Shown here: piece by piece, positions 60,101-64,000 of the stretch | How the letters are laid out: each line of letters opens with the position of its first letter | Numbering within the stretch: position 1 is the stretch's first letter | Assembly: GCA_963772835.1 (NCBI GenBank) | Contig: CAVYYZ010000002.1 | Span: 160,001 to 224,000 of the forward strand | Direction: 5' to 3' | DNA from: an uncultured delta proteobacterium | Lineage (GTDB): Bacteria; Desulfobacterota; Desulfuromonadia; Geobacterales; Pseudopelobacteraceae | DNA length: 64,000 nt | Translations under genes and position numbers: made by a program | Notes under the pieces: generated by a model | The model's input: only the letters and a program-made list of their open reading frames with translations | Database searches by the model: none | Told to the model about the DNA's origin: nothing

Positions 60101-60311
60101 CCGCCAGCGGGTAAGTGACCTGATCTTCCACCACCTGCGGAGAACGGCCGGGGTAGTCGGTGAAGACGATCACCTGATTGTCGGAGAGGTCAGGAATGGC
60201 ATCAACCGGGGTCTTGTAGACCGACCAGACCCCCCAGCCGATAATCAGCCCGAACATCATCAGAACAATGACCCGGTTACGGGCGGAATATTCTATAATT
60301 TTCTCGATCAT
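57174..60311 (-). CDS. cusA: CusA-family Cu/Ag RND efflux permease
   Basis: DAIPDLSDNQV, EFMPPLDEG, DPAPVSMFE, RLRPKLMT; ATG 60311, alternative GTG 60419. Confidence 0.95.
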   Translation of the reverse strand: MIEKIIEYSARNRVIVLMMFGLIIGWGVWSVYKTPVDAIPDLSDNQVIVFTDYPGRSPQVVEDQVTYPLAVNLQGLPMVRAVRASSAFGFSMIYVIFEDKADIYWARTRVLERLNYAASLLPPGVTPTLGPDGTGVGHVFWYTIEGKGYDLEQLRTLQDWFVRYQLNTVQGVAEVASIGGLVREYQIDLDPNKLFAYNIKVAKIMDAVKVSNKDVGGRLIEQADAEYLIRGQGYIKSKEDLENIVVGADMRGTPIYIKNLGVVQMGGAIRRGLLEMNGEGEAVGGIVVMRYGENAKAVIDRVKVKITELEKGLPPGVKIKVSYDRSDLIARAIDTLKHSLFEESVVVSLVILAFLLHFQSALVIVLTLPISVLIAFITMKLMGVSSNIMSLGGIAIAIGVLVDAGVIMVENCYRQLSEMPAGEREAKRLEVVIASAKQVGRAIFFSLAIIVLSFVPVFMLEGQEGKLFHPLAFTKTFSMMGSAVIAITLVPVLMYYFMRGRMPPESANPVSTFFIRLYSPVIRWVLVWKKTTIALNLLALAIAVPMFMNLGSEFMPPLDEGSLLYMPVTLPNVSITEAKRLIQVQDKIIMGVPEVEHVLGKVGRAETSTDPAPVSMFESIIILKPKETWRPGIKKADIVAELDSKLQQIGVRNGWTQPIINRINMLSTGVRTDLGVKIFGNDLNVLKDLALQAETILKPINGAADVVAERVTGGNYIDIDIDREAAARYGVSVGDIQSIIETALGGEMLSTSVEGRNRFPIRLRYMRDYRDNIPAIRRILVGGMDGAQVPLSLVTKLKISTGAPEINSEGGLLRSLVFLNVRGRDMGGFVTEAKQVLEKNLKLPAGYYVVWSGQWENQLRAKARLQVLIPLGLVIIFILLYFTFHSALEASMVMLSVPFALVGGVYLVSALGYNLSVAVWVGFIALYGIAVETGVVMVIYLHEALDKKLINGPCTEQDIYDATFEGAVLRLRPKLMTVAVALLGLIPIMWSTGTGADVMKPIAAPMIGGMISSAVHVLIMTPVIFVLMKKRDLKKGKLHYSGMKH

Positions 60312-60324
60312 TATGTATGCCCTT

Positions 60325-60413
60325 GTAGGGGCAGCCCATGTGGCTGCCCGACTTTTGGTGGCCAAAATGTTTTGGTGCGTTTCGATAAGGGCGGCCACGC
60401 GGGCCGCCCCTAC
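60325..60413. repeat. GTAG-type REP inverted doublet (REPIN-like)
   Basis: GTAGGGGCAGCCCATGTGGCTGCCC (60325-60349) and inverted GTAGGGGCGGCCCGCGTGGCCGCCC (60389-60413). Confidence 0.88.
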
Positions 60414-60415
60414 GA

Positions 60416-61807
60416 TCACATCTTCATGTCATCCATTTTCAGAGACTTTTTCGGTACCGGTTGCGGTGACGGGGTACCAGAAGACGGCATCGCGCCCTTC
60501 GGTTCATCCATCTTCATGCCGGGCATGCTTTCATGACCGCCCCCCTTCAGCTGAGATTCGGAGTCGATCAGGTACCCGCCGGATACCGCCACCTTGTCTC
60601 CCGGATTGATTCCCGACATAATCTGAATCTTATCGTCGGTCCGTTGTCCGACCTGGACATCGCGAGGTTCGAACATCCCCGGAGAGCTCTCCACCCAGAC
60701 GACCTGACGTTTACCGGTATCCATGACGGCGGTGACAGGCACAACTATTGCCGAACCGAGCGGTATCTTGATGATGGCATTGACGAACATGTCAGGTTTC
60801 AGCCTCATACCGGGGTTGGACATTTCAACGCGCGCCTTGACGGTCCTGGTTTTGGGATCGAGAAAGGGATATATGTAGGAAATTCTTCCGGTAAAAGGTT
60901 TGCCGGGAAATGACTGTGAACGGATCTCAACCTTTTGACCGAGATGAATATTCGGGAATTCATTCTCGTACACCTCAACCTCCACCCAGACACTGGACAG
61001 GTCGGCAACATTGAACAGAACCTCACCAACATTTACGTACTGACCCTGCTGCACCATCTTCTCAATAACGATACCGGAGATGGGGGTGTAGATCGGGAGG
61101 CGGATATTCGGTTTTCCTGTCTTCTCCAAATCTGCAATCTGGCTCTCCTTGACACCGAAGAGCATCAGCCTCTGCCTGGCCGAGGCCACCAGACCATCAC
61201 CATTCTGTGATATGGAGGGGATCGGAGAATTTTTCAACTGTTCGCGGCTTTTGACCGCCAGCAGATATTCCTGTTGTGTTGCGACCAGATCAGGGGAGTA
61301 CACTTCCGCCACAGGCTTGTCTTTTGACACAACAGCACCCACGGTATTTACATTAAGGCGGTCGATCCGACCTGCAATCCAGGCGGTCGCCTTTGCCTGA
61401 CGCGACTGGTCGTACTGCACAATGCCGACGGCGTTGATCTCTTTATTGAGGATGCTCTTTTTCGCTTCAACCGTTGCCACATTAGCCATGATCCTTTGAG
61501 TTGCAGACATGGATACATGGCCGAGCATATCGGCCTGTTTTTTCTGCTCCGGGGTCATGGCGGCCCCGTCGGCAGGCGCATTGTCAATCTTCTTGATCAG
61601 TTCCATGCCGCAGATAGGGCAGGTGCCGGGCTTATCCTTGATGATGAAGGGATGCATGGAGCAGGTGTAGAGCTGTTTGCCCTCAGCAGCCTTCTGCTCC
61701 GTCGCCGGTACGGAATGCTGTTTCTGCCACAGAAACCAGCCGCCGCCTGCTGCAGAAGCGAGAAGAATTACCAACAACGGAATTGCCATTTTCTTGTTCA
61801 GGGCCAT
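60416..61807 (-). CDS. cusB: CusB-type periplasmic adaptor
   Basis: own GAGG SD and ATG 61807, YTCSMHP, CPICGM, YSPDL, LKPDMF, Met-rich tail. Confidence 0.92.
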   Translation of the reverse strand: MALNKKMAIPLLVILLASAAGGGWFLWQKQHSVPATEQKAAEGKQLYTCSMHPFIIKDKPGTCPICGMELIKKIDNAPADGAAMTPEQKKQADMLGHVSMSATQRIMANVATVEAKKSILNKEINAVGIVQYDQSRQAKATAWIAGRIDRLNVNTVGAVVSKDKPVAEVYSPDLVATQQEYLLAVKSREQLKNSPIPSISQNGDGLVASARQRLMLFGVKESQIADLEKTGKPNIRLPIYTPISGIVIEKMVQQGQYVNVGEVLFNVADLSSVWVEVEVYENEFPNIHLGQKVEIRSQSFPGKPFTGRISYIYPFLDPKTRTVKARVEMSNPGMRLKPDMFVNAIIKIPLGSAIVVPVTAVMDTGKRQVVWVESSPGMFEPRDVQVGQRTDDKIQIMSGINPGDKVAVSGGYLIDSESQLKGGGHESMPGMKMDEPKGAMPSSGTPSPQPVPKKSLKMDDMKM

Positions 61808-61832
61808 GATCGTACCTCGTATATGATGAATT

Positions 61833-63208
61833 TCAATGATGTTGTAAATGTCCGGAGGACGGAGCCACCGGTGTTGATGATTCCACCTGTTCTTTTTTGT
61901 CGCCAGCGGCGGTGTCACCTGAACAGCCTGCGATGATTCAACATCGGTTCCGATTGTCGCTTCAAGCTGGGCCAGCTTCATCATGAATTCAGCCTGCGAC
62001 TCGTACAACTCCCGCTCATAGTTAAACAGGGTCATCCGGCTGTCGAGCAGGGTCAGAAAATCCACCTTGTTTACCCGGTAACCGATCACCGCCGATTCTA
62101 GTGACTGTTCCGCCTGCGGAATAATGCCGCTCCTGTAGAGAGACACCAGTTTTTCTCTTCTTTCAAGCGTGGCGAGCAGATCGGAGATACCGGACCCGAT
62201 ACTATTCCTGAGACCGTTCAGCTCTTCGGCCGCCATGCGGGTTTCCGAATCCGATTCGGCAACCATGGCATGACGTCGTTCCCGTTGCAGCGGCAGGTTA
62301 AAGGTAACGCCAAGACTGTACATGTCCAACCCCTGGCCACTCATGGCGGGATCACGCTGCATATACTCAAAGGATATGTTGAAATCAGGGTAAAATTCCC
62401 TGCCGGCCAGTTTGCCCGCCGCTTCCCCTTTATGGACAAGTGCCTGTAGGCTTTTGATGACGGGGCGTTTTTCAAATGCCGTTGTCCTCAGATTCTCGGC
62501 GGACAGTCGGAGCGGCCTGATTTCAAAGTCGGCGACCCTGCCGACCGGTGTTTCCGGCGGGCGTGAAAGGAGAGCATTGAGTGCTGCATCAAGGCTCTTC
62601 CTTCTCTGCTCCAGAGAAATTTTCATATCGAGCAGTTTCGATCGTTCAACCTGGGATTTAAAAAGGTCCTGCTGCGCACCCTGCCCGACGGAGTACTTGG
62701 TCTCGGCAAGGGTGATGAAGTCGTCCAGAATTCTGATATTCTTGTCAACAATCTCCGAAGATTTGTCCGTATAGTAAATCTGGTAATAGGTCTCTTTTAC
62801 CATCCTGACAAGCTCGAGCTTACGCTCCTCGACCTGCCACCGGTATGACTCGGCATTCATAGCGGCTATCTCTTGTTTGAGATCACGTTTGCCCCAGAAC
62901 GGGAGCTGCTGGGAAATTCCGATCACCTTGGCGGTCATGGATTCTTTTCTGAAATTGAGCGGGTCCTGCACGACCCCGTTCTGAATTTTCAGCATCAGCA
63001 TCGGATCTTCCAGAGAGCCCGCCTGAACAATGCGGTTTCTGAACATCTGCCAACGGGCTTCAGTGGACTTCAACTCAGGGTTGTTGGCAAGGGCTGTCGA
63101 GATAAGTGACGGGAGGCTCTCTGTTGATACAGTATCTGCGGCACGGACTGGAACTGATGCCAAGGAAGACACTAACATCAGGGTCAAGAGGCCAAAAAAA
63201 GTTTTCAT
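61833..63208 (-). CDS. cusC: CusC/TolC-family outer membrane factor; as sequenced it reads through into cusB
   Basis: signal peptide, LEDPML, QQLPFWGK; one extra A in the A6 run (61893-61898) restores ...SGHLQHH* at 61833. Confidence 0.82.
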
Positions 63209-63252
63209 ATTATATTTCCTCAGAGCAGAGTGGGTTGAGTACACACGTGATA

Positions 63253-63366
63253 TACACAATGTATGCCTAACTGTAACATACTAAAATTATGGTCTTTTTT
63301 ATATGGTTGCAATTCCACAAAGAGTTTCTGCTGAATATTCTACAATTCTCTAGAGATTATTCCTCA
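63253..63366 (-). promoter_or_regulatory. sigma54-like promoter (degenerate -12) with enhancer sites
   Basis: TAGGCAT-N5-GTGTA (63253-63269); TGCTGAATATTCTACA (63329-63344) and weaker site at 63351. Confidence 0.55.
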
Positions 63367-63410
63367 CTACTCTTTATATGTACACACCGGCCTGACTGCC
63401 ATCAGATTCA

Positions 63411-63728
63411 TCACGCGGAGTCCTCACCTTTGGTCCGGATCCGATAGAGCTTCTCCACTGGCAGCACCGTCACAATGCCATCCCCGGCCATACTGGTGTG
63501 AGCAATATCCATGATAGCAGCAACGATGTCATCAACTTTGTTCTCCTCTATAATGATTTCAATTCTGGTGTGACCAACCTTCCAATCAGGATTAAAAAAA
63601 TTGGCATATTCGCCACGCCCTTTCACATCACTTACGCTGAAGCCGCGCACTCCCATATCCACCAAGCGCCTCTCCATCTTTTCCATTGTTTGGTTTCTGA
63701 CTACTGCTAAGATCATTTTCAGTTCCAT
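63411..63728 (-). CDS. P-II family protein (metal-efflux-linked type, short T-loop)
   Basis: KMILAVVR, VKGRGE, AHTSMAGDGIV, YRIRT; ATG 63728 after AGGAG. Confidence 0.9.
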   Translation of the reverse strand: MELKMILAVVRNQTMEKMERRLVDMGVRGFSVSDVKGRGEYANFFNPDWKVGHTRIEIIIEENKVDDIVAAIMDIAHTSMAGDGIVTVLPVEKLYRIRTKGEDSA

Positions 63729-63792
63729 ACATTGTCTCCTTTCTGAAAGGCTCTGTTTCCGTTCTATTACGATGCAGATCAATGTAGACCCT

Positions 63793-63924
63793 TCAGCGGA
63801 TCAGTTGGGGTTCAGGGTTCATCCGGACTGGCAGAGGAGCGGTATCCATCATGTCAACATCAATTCCGCAGACCGGATCAGTTACAACTGAACGTGATTT
63901 ACTGTGCCGGGGGTGATGCGTAAT
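63793..63924 (-). pseudogene. relic of a YHS-domain/CopA-like 5' end
   Basis: AGGAG, ATT in start position, THHPRH...VTDPVCGIDVD, then a stop after 43 codons. Confidence 0.55.
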
Positions 63925-64000
63925 GACGCTCTCCTAACTTGAACGGCAGTAACAGTGAGAGTGTTTAAATGCATAGCAGATAATTAGGATTTGTCACTGA

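Overview
A 64-kb chromosomal window, most likely from a Geobacter/Pelobacter-like deltaproteobacterium. That assignment is inferred from protein sequence style, sigma54 regulation and gene content, not from a search. It has four blocks. (1) 1-6971 holds the str/S10 ribosomal operon on the minus strand (rpsL-rpsG-fusA-tuf-rpsJ-rplC-D-W-B), preceded by a promoter and a ~170-nt nested-stem RNA candidate rather than rpoBC. (2) 7.4-13.6 kb and 28.8-46 kb form an amino-acid import/export and proline-use cluster: three ABC systems, a porin, five EamA/RarD genes, GntR, putA, MocR and azlCD. Its two halves share a duplicated promoter carrying a GntR-type operator. (3) 13.7-28.6 kb is a heavy-metal block separating livK from livHMGF. 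It contains a methyltransferase, a frameshifted ArsR fusion with a vestigial SECIS-like hairpin, a frameshifted ZntA/CadA with CadR, a His-tailed EamA, an MmeI-like type IIL R-M gene with three different in-frame palindromic insertions, P-II, czcCBA and a CzcI-like leader. (4) 46-64 kb is a sigma54-controlled copper block: an uncharacterised Met-rich envelope operon, a two-component system, cytochrome c', CopA, and cusCBA with an in-frame REP doublet and a cusC-cusB frameshift fusion. No rRNA, tRNA, CRISPR array, integrase or transposase was seen. All family calls are by eye from motifs; no database searches were run.
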